Assembly (NCBI GenBank): GCA_964573695.1
Contig: CAZNKB010000004.1
Coordinates: 14,214 to 78,213 of the forward strand
Length of the DNA stretch: 64,000 nt
Reading direction: 5' to 3'
DNA from: an uncultured Gammaproteobacteria bacterium
GTDB taxonomy: Bacteria; Patescibacteriota; Microgenomatia; UBA10105; UBA927
How positions within the stretch are numbered: the first letter of the stretch is position 1; each line of letters starts with the position of its first letter. Under the pieces are notes generated by a model. The model had not been told where the DNA came from and made no database searches. It saw nothing but the letters and a program-made list of their open reading frames with translations. The translations under genes and the position numbers were made by a program. This document shows positions 40,276-49,767 of this stretch, piece by piece.

Positions 40276-41517
40276 ATGTTCTCCCAAATAACTCAAAGAA
40301 AATTACTGAGGCAACTTGAGCATTTAGAGGGTTTCGACCAGCAACTCCTAAATCTTACGGCAAATCAGAACACCTTGTCTCCGTTAGCTATGAGATTTTA
40401 CCGATCGCCCATGGGGCTTCGGTATGATTTCGGAAGAGGCGCGAAGGGGGTCATGACTGCAGACAACTTTGGAAACTTTTCTGCTATCACCTACCCCAAA
40501 ATGCATGACCTCCTAGACGATGCGCATCGCAAAGCGAAACAAATGCTTCACGCAAAGGAAGTAAACCTCAATTGTCTGTCAGGGGCCCATGCGATGTTAT
40601 GTGCCCTATTGGGTTCTACTAAGCCCGGCGACACGATCATGTCTGTTCGAGAGGAAGACGGTGGGCATTTCTGTACCAAACCTATTGTCGATAGCATTGG
40701 GAGAAAACACGTGTTTGCTGAATATGATGTAACACACCTAACCTTTGATGTGCAAAAGACTGCGGCGCGATTCCGTTCTTCCGGGGCTCGGGTGTTGTAT
40801 CTTGATACATCGGTGTTGTTGCGGCCGCATCCTCTGCGAGAGCTTCGACGCGCGATTCCTCAACACGCCATTATCATTTACGATGCAAGTCATACGTTGG
40901 GATTAATAATGGGCGGTGAATTTCAGGCGCCACTTTCCGAAGGGGCAGATGTTATTTCGGCAAATACCCATAAAACATTTCCCGGACCTCATAAAGGGAT
41001 ATTGGCATTTAGGAGTATGGAAATGGCGGATCGTATGCGTCCGGTTATACAAAATTTGTATTCGACGGTGCATACAAATAGTCTGTTGGCGCTCGCGGTG
41101 ACCATACTGGAAATGTCGACGTTTGGGCGGACATATGCAAAGCAAGTGATTCGAAACTCCAATGCTTTTGGTGATGCATTAGCTCGTGCGGGATTCCGTG
41201 TGCGAAAAGTGGACGATATGTACAGTCATAATCACCAGGCCCACGTGTTTATTGATAACACAGGTGATGCTGCAGTGGGGATGTTTCTCAAAAACGGCAT
41301 GTCTATCAACACCAGCGATGCATTGGGTGGAAAAACGTTTATCCGTTTTGGTATGCAGGAGATTACAAAACGCGGGATGAGTGAACAAGATGTGCAGAAG
41401 TTAGCTGTGTGTGTAGGGGGTGTTTTGAAGGGTAAATCGGTTTCGAAGGAAGTCGCGGCGCTGAATAAACGTTTTTCGGGAGTCAGTTACTGTTTTCCGT
41501 ACAGTAATAATTTTTGA
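40276..41517 (+). CDS. SHMT-fold PLP enzyme resembling L-threonine transaldolases (ObiH/LipK/FTase type) more than GlyA
   Basis: LTANQN, SGAHAM, DGGHF, YDASHTLGLIMGG.F..PL..GAD, NTHKTFPGPHKG, FGRTYAKQV..N, RFGMQEITKRGM; no YAEG motif of canonical SHMT. Confidence 0.7.
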   Translation: MFSQITQRKLLRQLEHLEGFDQQLLNLTANQNTLSPLAMRFYRSPMGLRYDFGRGAKGVMTADNFGNFSAITYPKMHDLLDDAHRKAKQMLHAKEVNLNCLSGAHAMLCALLGSTKPGDTIMSVREEDGGHFCTKPIVDSIGRKHVFAEYDVTHLTFDVQKTAARFRSSGARVLYLDTSVLLRPHPLRELRRAIPQHAIIIYDASHTLGLIMGGEFQAPLSEGADVISANTHKTFPGPHKGILAFRSMEMADRMRPVIQNLYSTVHTNSLLALAVTILEMSTFGRTYAKQVIRNSNAFGDALARAGFRVRKVDDMYSHNHQAHVFIDNTGDAAVGMFLKNGMSINTSDALGGKTFIRFGMQEITKRGMSEQDVQKLAVCVGGVLKGKSVSKEVAALNKRFSGVSYCFPYSNNF

Positions 41518-42833
41518 ACGTCGCAAAAGAAGTCTTCTACGCTTCGTTTGCGAACATGCGGAAGGAAAAAAAATTTATATAAGATAGCCTGTCTTATATA
41601 GTTACCGCTAAATCGATACTTTTTTTTCTTCGCATACAACCAATAGCGTTTTTCGATAAATTTAGACAAGGAAAAGTGTTTCTTTTTGTCAAATATGACG
41701 CCGCATGTAAGCCCTAACGGATCACTTATTATTTCTGCATGAGGAAAGAGTTGACGTATGCGTTCAATAAAAAATTCTTTCAGACGTAGCTGTTTATTGA
41801 TGACGAAACGAAACTGCGATTTACCATATTGATGAATGACCGCCCATATCGCTGCGGCTGTGGCTCCGGGTCGTGATCCGGAAATAGTATTGTCTCGCAT
41901 CGCGAATACCGGCACTTCTTTTTCTATGAGTGTACGTAGAGGCGTGCGATACAAAACAGCGCCGGCACCGTACGGGACTGCAGCAAATTTGGAGAAATCT
42001 ACGGAAAACGAATGAATATACGGGCTTGAAAAGGGTTTGTAGTCTTCGGTAATAAATGGAAGAATAAATCCGTTAAACGCCGCGTCAATTGCGATAGATA
42101 CGTGAATATGTTTGTGGATTTTTTGTAGGTCATAGACAAGTGTTGTGATTGCCTTTATGTCGTCGCTCGATCCTGTTTCCGTGTACCCAGCGGTTGCAGA
42201 AATCAGAAACCCGCGTGTGCCCTGCCTAATAAGACGGAGCATGGTAGATTTGAGCGCGTGAATATCCATGGTCCAAGAGCACGGATCAAGCGGTATAGAG
42301 GTATGTGCCAAAGAAAACATCGCACATGCTTTATCGATAGAATAGTGCGTGAGATCTGTTTCGAGCACATGTATCTGGTGTAACGCGGCGTATTGCAGAA
42401 GATATGCTTTTCCAATCCATACAGCATAGAGATTGCCTTCTGTCCCGCCCGACGTAACATAACCTTCGACGTGTTCTGATTTTGCTTTATACAGGTGGAT
42501 GAGTTTTTGGATGAGTTCGTATTCGAGTCGTTTCGTACCACCTTCGTGTGAAGCATTGCTCCAATTGCCAAGATTATTGGTGTTGCATCGGAGAAAATCT
42601 CCGTACACTTTGGCGGCGTATGGATTGGCTCGTGGAGCGAGCGCGCCTATGTTATGACTGATTCCGTATTTTTTGATGTCGTTTTCCGTCTGTGAAAGCC
42701 GTGCATTGATGCGGAATTTTGCATATGGGTGTTCAGGAAAAACTGTTTTCATGAGCGGGCCATACGCGATCGATGCGGGATTTCTTAGACGGGCGTACAT
42801 CTTGCGTATAAATGTTCGTAACGTGTTGTTCAT
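41487..42833 (-). CDS. Group II PLP-dependent decarboxylase (MfnA / histidine / serine decarboxylase-like)
   Basis: NNLG, GYVTSGGTEGNL, HYSIDKA, TAGYTETGSSDDI, IDAAFNGF, SFSVDFSK (PLP lysine), GSRPG. Confidence 0.82.
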   Translation of the reverse strand: MNNTLRTFIRKMYARLRNPASIAYGPLMKTVFPEHPYAKFRINARLSQTENDIKKYGISHNIGALAPRANPYAAKVYGDFLRCNTNNLGNWSNASHEGGTKRLEYELIQKLIHLYKAKSEHVEGYVTSGGTEGNLYAVWIGKAYLLQYAALHQIHVLETDLTHYSIDKACAMFSLAHTSIPLDPCSWTMDIHALKSTMLRLIRQGTRGFLISATAGYTETGSSDDIKAITTLVYDLQKIHKHIHVSIAIDAAFNGFILPFITEDYKPFSSPYIHSFSVDFSKFAAVPYGAGAVLYRTPLRTLIEKEVPVFAMRDNTISGSRPGATAAAIWAVIHQYGKSQFRFVINKQLRLKEFFIERIRQLFPHAEIISDPLGLTCGVIFDKKKHFSLSKFIEKRYWLYAKKKKYRFSGNYIRQAILYKFFFLPHVRKRSVEDFFCDVQKLLLYGKQ

Positions 42834-42849
42834 GGGGTAAGTGCGAGTT

Positions 42850-43833
42850 TTACCACCGGTCGTGTACGTACGGCTTTATGCGGCGGGTATATATAGCCCG
42901 GACGCCGTCCATTGTTGTCTTATCCAGTTTTGGCATGTCGCTGGCCCTGCTGTTTTCCATGATCTGGTTTGGCGATTTCCCACCCGCGATAACCGTTGAC
43001 ACGGCGTCTTGCATAAGGATCCAACGAAGGGCGAATTGTGCCATGGTAAATTCTTTGGGTGTGATTGCTCGTAAATCCCTCACCGCTTTGAGCCCGGCGC
43101 CAAAATCTACCCCAGCAAATGTTTCTCCAATATCAAAATACTGACCGCGCCTATTGAACGAGCGGTGGTCATTTTTGGGAAATCGGGAGATTATATGAAA
43201 TTTGCCCGTGAGAAGTCCGCTTGCTAACGGTACGCGAACAATCACGCCTACATTTCGACGTTTTGCTTCCCGAAAAAACAATTCCATTGGCCGTTGGCGG
43301 AACATGTTACAAATTATTTGTACCGATGAAACATTGGGGTACTCGATAGCCTTAAGTCCTTCCTCGACTTTTTCTACACTGACTCCGTAATATTTTATCC
43401 TGCCTTTTTTCACGAGTTCGTCAAGGAAGAAGAATATTTCTGGGCGATAAAATACTTGTGTGGGAGGCGTATGAAGCTGCACTAAATCCAAGCAGTCGGT
43501 TCGAAGATTTTTTCGGCACCGATCTACAAATGCGGCAATATTACTTTTTGTATACCCTTCTGCCACGTGCGGGGAGAGACGACGGCCGATTTTTGTCGCG
43601 ACGATTACTCGACGTCGGCACGATGCGGCATACTCTCCAATAAGACGCTCACTTCTCCCGTCGCCGTAGATATCCGCAGTGTCGATAAAATTGATCCCCG
43701 CACTATCCAGGCTTGCCAATGCCGTTCTCGCCTGTTCTTCAGTCACTGTTCCCCAATCAGATCCCAGCGACCAGCTACCGTAGCCGATTTCCGATACTTT
43801 GAATTTGGTTTTCCCTAAAAATCTGTATTTCAT
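42850..43833 (-). CDS. Aldo/keto reductase (IolS-like)
   Basis: VSEIGYGSW, FIDTADIYGDGRSE, ATK, LDLVQLH, VPLASGLLTGK, QFALRW. Confidence 0.92.
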   Translation of the reverse strand: MKYRFLGKTKFKVSEIGYGSWSLGSDWGTVTEEQARTALASLDSAGINFIDTADIYGDGRSERLIGEYAASCRRRVIVATKIGRRLSPHVAEGYTKSNIAAFVDRCRKNLRTDCLDLVQLHTPPTQVFYRPEIFFFLDELVKKGRIKYYGVSVEKVEEGLKAIEYPNVSSVQIICNMFRQRPMELFFREAKRRNVGVIVRVPLASGLLTGKFHIISRFPKNDHRSFNRRGQYFDIGETFAGVDFGAGLKAVRDLRAITPKEFTMAQFALRWILMQDAVSTVIAGGKSPNQIMENSRASDMPKLDKTTMDGVRAIYTRRIKPYVHDRW

Positions 43834-43858
43834 AGATTCACAAATCCTTGCCGATTTT

Positions 43859-45229
43859 TTACGATCGATTATATATTTGGGCAGAAAAATTTAATACCGA
43901 ATATTTATACGGATGCAAAAAACGGTGTATTTTATGGACAAGCCGTCGCGGATACCTTGCGTTGACACGGATTATTTCTTGAGCATATGTATCCATCTCG
44001 AGCCGAAATTGTTTGCCTGCCATTCCGTCGCGCCGGTCGAGTAGATAGGCAGCTGTCTTTTGGCGTTTGGATAATATAGTATCAGATTCTTTTGTCTTCA
44101 CAAGATGACGTATGCGGGCGAAAAGCTGTTTGAAATCCGTAACCGTATACGAAAGTTTTTGTACCTCAGACAATTTCGGGAAGCGTTCTCCCCATAATCC
44201 CTGCGTTTGATCAGGATACAAATAGATAACCGGCTTGCCGAGAGAAAGAAATTCTCCCGATATACTTGATAAGTCGGTAACCATGATATCCGCTGCAATA
44301 AGAGAGTGATTTGGTCCCCAAAAAGAAGAGATGCTTGAATCGTCGAAACACACATTATCGAAATGATTCAGTACGCGAAGAATTTTTGGCTTTGCACCAT
44401 ACTGAAGAATAGATATGTGGTGAGGGCGGATGATGACATTTAGGTGCAATTTGCGTGCAATCGTACAAAATTCATAAAGATGTTTTTCATCTTCCTCCTC
44501 TCGCCCGATAGACCAAATCTTGAGTGATTCCCACGTCGGCGAATAGAGGAGAGTTTTTTTGCGCGGATCTAGGTTAAAGCGTTTGAGAATTTTATTCTTG
44601 TCGAGTTGCCCGGTATACAGCGTATCATCAAGCACTCTTCCAATTCGGCGCATCCGAGGATCATTGGGATCAAGTTCTCCGAATGTGACAAGTTCATCGT
44701 GTACGATTTTTCCAGAAAGCAGCAGGCGTCCGTACGTATGAAGCGACCGGATGTGATCGTCGCGTATATACGGCAATGGGCCGATTTGGAATAGCTCACC
44801 ATGAAAAACCTGTACAATATGGCCTCTCATTGGTTTTTCGATAATTGGCAACACCATGTCCAAAAGCCACATAACGGGGGTGACATAAAGAGAGGCAAGG
44901 AATCTGACGTGCAACGCAAATTTTCGCATCCACTCCTCGTGTGCAATGTGTTTATCGGGGGGAAGCGAGCAGTATGACGGCGAACATAAGTCTAGCGGGT
45001 GTGTTGCATACGGCATGTCAAAAAGAATTTTGTTTGATATGAATCGGGGTGCTTTTGTGAAGCTTTTGGTATTTGAATACACCATGACAGGAAGAATATA
45101 CGGTGAAGAGATTAAATTTTTGTAGTAAGCATCCATATTTCTCCCCGACCCCGCCGAGGAATCTATTGCCATAATGAAACAGGGTATTGTTGTGACAAGC
45201 GGTTTTATTGTTTTAGATGAATGATGCAT
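43859..45229 (-). CDS. CDP-glycerol:glycerophosphate transferase-family (TagB/TagF-like) protein
   Basis: QVFHG, KKTLLYSPTW, IIRPHH, ADIMVTDLSSISGEFLSLGKPVI. Confidence 0.75.
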   Translation of the reverse strand: MHHSSKTIKPLVTTIPCFIMAIDSSAGSGRNMDAYYKNLISSPYILPVMVYSNTKSFTKAPRFISNKILFDMPYATHPLDLCSPSYCSLPPDKHIAHEEWMRKFALHVRFLASLYVTPVMWLLDMVLPIIEKPMRGHIVQVFHGELFQIGPLPYIRDDHIRSLHTYGRLLLSGKIVHDELVTFGELDPNDPRMRRIGRVLDDTLYTGQLDKNKILKRFNLDPRKKTLLYSPTWESLKIWSIGREEEDEKHLYEFCTIARKLHLNVIIRPHHISILQYGAKPKILRVLNHFDNVCFDDSSISSFWGPNHSLIAADIMVTDLSSISGEFLSLGKPVIYLYPDQTQGLWGERFPKLSEVQKLSYTVTDFKQLFARIRHLVKTKESDTILSKRQKTAAYLLDRRDGMAGKQFRLEMDTYAQEIIRVNARYPRRLVHKIHRFLHPYKYSVLNFSAQIYNRS

Positions 45230-45324
45230 GGTGAAAGTTTGGGGTAGGCATCCGTTCGTTAGACAGAGCGATCGATTTATTCCGTCGATTGGTAATTTGT
45301 GGCTTTATCCGAAAAGATTTTTCA

Positions 45325-45354
45325 ATTATATTCATGTATGTTTGACACTGTCAA
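45325..45354 (-). promoter_or_regulatory. Promoter for the tagF-like operon; its -35 is half of a TTGACA-C-TGTCAA palindrome
   Basis: Minus strand TTGACA (45349-45354), 18 nt, TATAAT (45325-45330); plus strand TTGACA at 45342-45347. Confidence 0.55.
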
Positions 45355-45420
45355 TTTAACCCTTTTTTATTTGGCGCGAGCTGTGGAGAGTTTCTCGCGG
45401 TAGAATATGGTTTATTTTGT

Positions 45421-46041
45421 ATGAAAATAGCATTTATCGGCATGTCGGGAAGCGGAAAGACATTCTGGTCAAAACAGTTGTCGGCGAGAGGATTTATATC
45501 CTGGTGCTGCGACGAGCTAATAGGACAAAAACTTGCGAACGAGCAGCATATATTTGGTTCCACGGGCACGAAAACCGTAGCAGAATGGATGGGTCAACCC
45601 TATGAAATACAGTATCAGGAGCGTAGTGCGCTGTATTTGGAGAAAGAGGCGTTGATGATGCAGGAAATTCTGACTTCTGTAGAACGCTCCCGAGCGGATG
45701 AGAACATAGTTATTGATACGACCGGTAGTCTGATTTACATCAACGAAAATATTATCCGGTCATTGAAACGTCAAGTAACTTTTGTATACTTGTGTCCTCC
45801 GGCATCGTATATAGATCGTATGATACAGCTGTATTTTGACGACCCGAAGCCGATAATTTGGGGTGATGCATACCATAGAAAATCCGGAGAAACACGCCTT
45901 CAGTCAATACGCCGATGTTACCCTGCGCTTCTTCAGTACAGAAGCACGCGGTACCAAATACTCGCGGACAAAACAGTGAACACAAGTGTGTTTACAAGGC
46001 CTGATTTTACGGTAGATACATTACTGCCGCTTCTTGTCTGA
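45421..46041 (+). CDS. Shikimate-kinase-like P-loop kinase
   Basis: IAFIGMSGSGKTFWS, D.LI, VIDTTGS, VYL, R...Y..LAD. Confidence 0.72.
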   Translation: MKIAFIGMSGSGKTFWSKQLSARGFISWCCDELIGQKLANEQHIFGSTGTKTVAEWMGQPYEIQYQERSALYLEKEALMMQEILTSVERSRADENIVIDTTGSLIYINENIIRSLKRQVTFVYLCPPASYIDRMIQLYFDDPKPIIWGDAYHRKSGETRLQSIRRCYPALLQYRSTRYQILADKTVNTSVFTRPDFTVDTLLPLLV

Positions 46042-46062
46042 GAGTGAATTTTACGCGTTGTG

Positions 46063-46821
46063 CTATTTGCGGGATATAATTTTGTGGATGTGGGCATTGG
46101 CAAACGTTAAATCTTCTTTCGTGTCGACGTCACACCAGAAGTCCGTTTTTAGATTGTCTTGGTAATAAACATTGCCACCTTTTTGGGCAATGTGCTGGAA
46201 TGCGTATTCAGGATATTCCTGGGTCAGATTATTATTGATGATAATCTCAAGCGAAGTGCAGACTTCCTCAGACGCATCTTTTGGGACGTAGTCGATTCCC
46301 TGCGCTACACCGTACGATGCTTCCCAGGGAATTTGTTTCCCGTACTCGATAACGGTGCCCGTTTTTTGATTCACCCGTATGGAGAATTCTTCCGCACTCT
46401 CCCTCTTTTTCGGTTCGACGGCTGAGGTAATTCCTTTTGCATTGCGGGTTAAGCGTTCCGGAATTTCTTTGTTGTATAGGAGATCACCTGCCAGCCGCAA
46501 AAAATTGGTATTCCGTATGTGTTTTCGTGCCAAAAAGAACGAATATATACTATTTTTTTCTTCATACGCGTTGTTGTATATAAATGTACTATGCAGATTT
46601 GGAAAAAATTCCCGTACAAAGTGTCTGATCATGGATGCTTTATGTCCGACAACGAATATGATGTCTGAGACGCCGATTGCGCAAAGATTGGAAATCGAAT
46701 ACCAAAGAAGCGGTTTGCCGCCCACCGGAAGTAGACACTTTGGCATTGTATAAGTTACTGGCTGAAGCCTCCCGCCATCTCCTGCGACCAGGATTAGAGC
46801 TTTGATATTTTTTTTCTTCAT
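46063..46821 (-). CDS. Phosphocholine cytidylyltransferase (LicC)-family nucleotidyltransferase
   Basis: KALILVAGDGGRL....PKCLL, YN..Y...NSIYSF.LA, GDLLY, WCDVDTKEDL. Start set to the ATGA overlap at 46818-46821. Confidence 0.78.
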   Translation of the reverse strand: MKKKNIKALILVAGDGGRLQPVTYTMPKCLLPVGGKPLLWYSISNLCAIGVSDIIFVVGHKASMIRHFVREFFPNLHSTFIYNNAYEEKNSIYSFFLARKHIRNTNFLRLAGDLLYNKEIPERLTRNAKGITSAVEPKKRESAEEFSIRVNQKTGTVIEYGKQIPWEASYGVAQGIDYVPKDASEEVCTSLEIIINNNLTQEYPEYAFQHIAQKGGNVYYQDNLKTDFWCDVDTKEDLTFANAHIHKIISRK

Positions 46822-47705
46822 ATGATTCCTTCGGGCCATCGGCGCAGTACAGAAAAATTGATAAACTGTTTTAGGGTATTTATGTCTGCGACGCCGGTTG
46901 TGGGCTTGGTGCATACGAGTATGGTCCGCCAGCTGTTTTTCATCCAGTGGGCATTGGAGTATTCTCCAAAGAGATTTTCGATGCGGAAACCTACGCGTTC
47001 CAGCATGTCTTTGTATTGACCAAGAGTATATTGGTACATGTAGTAGTTAAACGATCCTTTCCGGTTATTTTTGCTCCATTTTCTGTGATAGGAATCGAGC
47101 TGCGATGTTTCGAAATAAATGTTGGTATCAATGAGCTTATATCCGTCGACGGCGCCATGTTTCGTAAACTGATAGACGCCTTTTCTGAGTTTTTTTCCGT
47201 GAGACCGTATATACGCAACATGTGCATGGGCATTGATGATGTCTATCATGAATTTTCCTCCTGGTTTGAGTGCTCGGAAAACACGGCGTAATACGTCTAC
47301 ATTTTCATCATGGGGGAAATATCCGAATGCCGAATACATAGAGATGATGACGTCATATCGGTTGCGCATATGCATGTGTCTCATATCCTGTTTGACAAAT
47401 TTGACCGGTATACGGGCGTTTTGTGCGTCACGACGCGCAATGCCGAGAAAATAGTCCGAATAGTCGAGTCCCGTGACGCGGAATCCACATTTGGCTAGTT
47501 CGATGGTGTGCCTGCCGTGTCCGCAGCCTAAATCAAGAATATTCATGTGGCGAGAAATCCCCAACGCCCGGATGATAAACTGCGCTTCCGCTTTGGCTCG
47601 CTGACCAGATATAATCGGATTATAGAGATTGAAATACGTGGCCCCGAATTCTTTTTTCCACCAGTATTTAGGGGCATGGGATAAGCGATCGTAGGATGGG
47701 ATCAT
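46818..47705 (-). CDS. Class I SAM-dependent methyltransferase
   Basis: ILDLGCGHGRH, VTGLDYS, DMR, YDVIISMYSAFGYF, LKPGGKF. Confidence 0.88.
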   Translation of the reverse strand: MIPSYDRLSHAPKYWWKKEFGATYFNLYNPIISGQRAKAEAQFIIRALGISRHMNILDLGCGHGRHTIELAKCGFRVTGLDYSDYFLGIARRDAQNARIPVKFVKQDMRHMHMRNRYDVIISMYSAFGYFPHDENVDVLRRVFRALKPGGKFMIDIINAHAHVAYIRSHGKKLRKGVYQFTKHGAVDGYKLIDTNIYFETSQLDSYHRKWSKNNRKGSFNYYMYQYTLGQYKDMLERVGFRIENLFGEYSNAHWMKNSWRTILVCTKPTTGVADINTLKQFINFSVLRRWPEGII

Positions 47706-49015
47706 AAACTATATACCTCCGGAATTTGCATGATCCAGTTCTGCGCAATAGCATACGTGAGCGCACCCTGATTTGGAATAAGTATTTTATCGCCAATTTG
47801 TATGTCTTGGGCAAAACAAGAATATCCCCAAAGATCTCGTGTGGTGCAAAGTTTGCCGTACAGAGTCATGGGGATGCTGGTGTGTGATGGTCTGGTTAAG
47901 TTTATGACCGGAAAATACTCGTACATATACCTTTGCCATCCGACCATATTAATCCCGCCATCAACGATGCACACGCCGTTGTCTTTTATGTCTACTACCG
48001 TTAGCACGATGTGCATCGCGTTGTTGCATATGATGCGTCCTGGTTCGGCAAAGTATTGTGCTAGTACTAACGGAGCAAGATACGTTCGTATGGCGTTCCC
48101 GATATTTTGGGCATACGCAGTAAGCGGTATGGCATCCCTGACTTTGAAATTGCTCGAAAATCTTCGTTTGACGTCATCGTATGAACTGTCGGAGTGTTCC
48201 GATGCATCGCGCGAAAATTCGTACGGATAGTACCCCTCGGTCTCAAACGCCTCAAATCCGCCTCCGATGTCTATGTATTTGATTTCTTTCCGTTCCGATT
48301 TGGTAAAATGCGTCGAAAGATACGCGGCAAGTTCCTTAATACTGTTTTGGTATGGGGTGGCGTTTTTGTTTCGGGAAGCGTGAAAATGTATGCCTTCGAT
48401 TCTAATCCATGGATATTTTTTTGCTGTTCTCCAGAATGTCGCAAGGTTAGCAATACCGATACCGAATTTTGCCCACTGGGGCATGGCGCTTAAATGGAGA
48501 CGCACGCCAATTCGGACGAGTTTGTTACGTTTTTTGGTAATGCGACCGATTCGCTCGAGTTCCTGAAAACTATCGACGTGTATCCGCACCTTTTTGTTGT
48601 TATTTACGGCCAACTCGATTTCTTCGTCGGTTTTGCCGGGGCTGTAATAAACAATGTCCGTACAACCTAAATGAAGTGATTGAGACAACTCCCAGCCACT
48701 TGCCACATCCAGACCGTAACCCGCCTTGATTGTTTCTCGGATTAGTTTGGGGTACGGATTGATTTTGAACGCGTAATACGGGGAAAAATTCGGTATTGAT
48801 GAGCTCATTGTCGTCTGAAACTCCCTGATGTCGTGAATAAGCGACCGTCTGTCATATAGGTAAAACGGCGTGTTGTGTTTTTTGGTCACTGCCAGCATGG
48901 AAGTTCGTTTTTTCAGTTGGTCAATAACGATATGTACTAACCCGTTCGTATCTGAATGACGCTGCAGGCCAGACGGAGTATGTTTCGCTTTCAGAGTGTG
49001 GGGCGCCTGTCTCAT
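47702..49015 (-). CDS. Group IV (LysA-like) PLP-dependent decarboxylase
   Basis: TPFYLYD, YYAFKINP, DVASGWEL, SPGK, KFG, HFH, DIGGGF, EPGR, GKLCTTRD, GALTY. Confidence 0.85.
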   Translation of the reverse strand: MRQAPHTLKAKHTPSGLQRHSDTNGLVHIVIDQLKKRTSMLAVTKKHNTPFYLYDRRSLIHDIREFQTTMSSSIPNFSPYYAFKINPYPKLIRETIKAGYGLDVASGWELSQSLHLGCTDIVYYSPGKTDEEIELAVNNNKKVRIHVDSFQELERIGRITKKRNKLVRIGVRLHLSAMPQWAKFGIGIANLATFWRTAKKYPWIRIEGIHFHASRNKNATPYQNSIKELAAYLSTHFTKSERKEIKYIDIGGGFEAFETEGYYPYEFSRDASEHSDSSYDDVKRRFSSNFKVRDAIPLTAYAQNIGNAIRTYLAPLVLAQYFAEPGRIICNNAMHIVLTVVDIKDNGVCIVDGGINMVGWQRYMYEYFPVINLTRPSHTSIPMTLYGKLCTTRDLWGYSCFAQDIQIGDKILIPNQGALTYAIAQNWIMQIPEVYSL

Positions 49016-49767
49016 AATGGGTCGGTGAATTCCTGATTTTTGGCCTGCATAGATTTATAGAATTCATCTACCAGGCGTTTTGAACCGTTGTGTGATACAC
49101 GGCCATGGTCTAACACGATGATCCGGTCGCAATTGTTTTTGACGTAAGAAAGCCAGTGCGTGACGATTAAGATCGTTGTCCCTAGCTTGTAGAATTTTTC
49201 TATGGTTTTGAGCGCCTTGTCTTGAAATTTTTGATCGCCGACATACATGCTTTCATCCAGGATAAGAATATCGGGTTTTGTATGTATCGTTATGGAAAAT
49301 CCCAATTTGAGTTTCATGCCGTCGGAATAAGTAAACACCGGCGCGTCAATAAACCGTCCGATGTCAGCATATTCGGTAATCGCATTTAATTTTGAATCAA
49401 TTTCGCTTTTGCTCATGTTTAGCAGCATGCCGTTAAGATAAATATTTTGAATGCCGCTTAGCTCAGGAAGAAACCCGGCTTCAAGGTTGATAAGAGACAC
49501 CACGCGGCCGTGTGTGGTGACGGATCCTAACGTGGGCGTTGTGATTCCGGAGATGATTTTAAGCAGCGTCGTTTTTCCTGAACCATTGGGTCCGATGATG
49601 CCAACCCGCTCCCCCTTTTTTATCGTCAGGTTGATATCCCGAAGGGCCCAGAATACTTCGTTTTTACCTTTGATGATCGTTTCGACCAGCGTGGGTTTTT
49701 CATGGTGAATTTCGTATTTTTTGCCGATATTATTAAGCGCAATGGCGGTTGACGTGTTTTTTTTCAT
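49012..49767 (-). CDS. wzt: Polysaccharide/teichoic acid ABC exporter ATPase (Wzt/TagH), no C-terminal binding domain
   Basis: FWALRDINL, GPNGSGKTT, YSDGMKLKLGFS, ILILDE, VGDQKFQDK. Confidence 0.88.
   Translation of the reverse strand: MKKNTSTAIALNNIGKKYEIHHEKPTLVETIIKGKNEVFWALRDINLTIKKGERVGIIGPNGSGKTTLLKIISGITTPTLGSVTTHGRVVSLINLEAGFLPELSGIQNIYLNGMLLNMSKSEIDSKLNAITEYADIGRFIDAPVFTYSDGMKLKLGFSITIHTKPDILILDESMYVGDQKFQDKALKTIEKFYKLGTTILIVTHWLSYVKNNCDRIIVLDHGRVSHNGSKRLVDEFYKSMQAKNQEFTDPL

Noticed and set aside
40276-41517. Calling this gene glyA
   Set aside because: It lacks the canonical SHMT motifs and resembles threonine transaldolases, so the symbol was withheld.
46063-46821. Phosphonate biosynthesis (PntC-like cytidylyltransferase)
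   Set aside because: No PEP mutase or phosphonopyruvate decarboxylase is present in the window.
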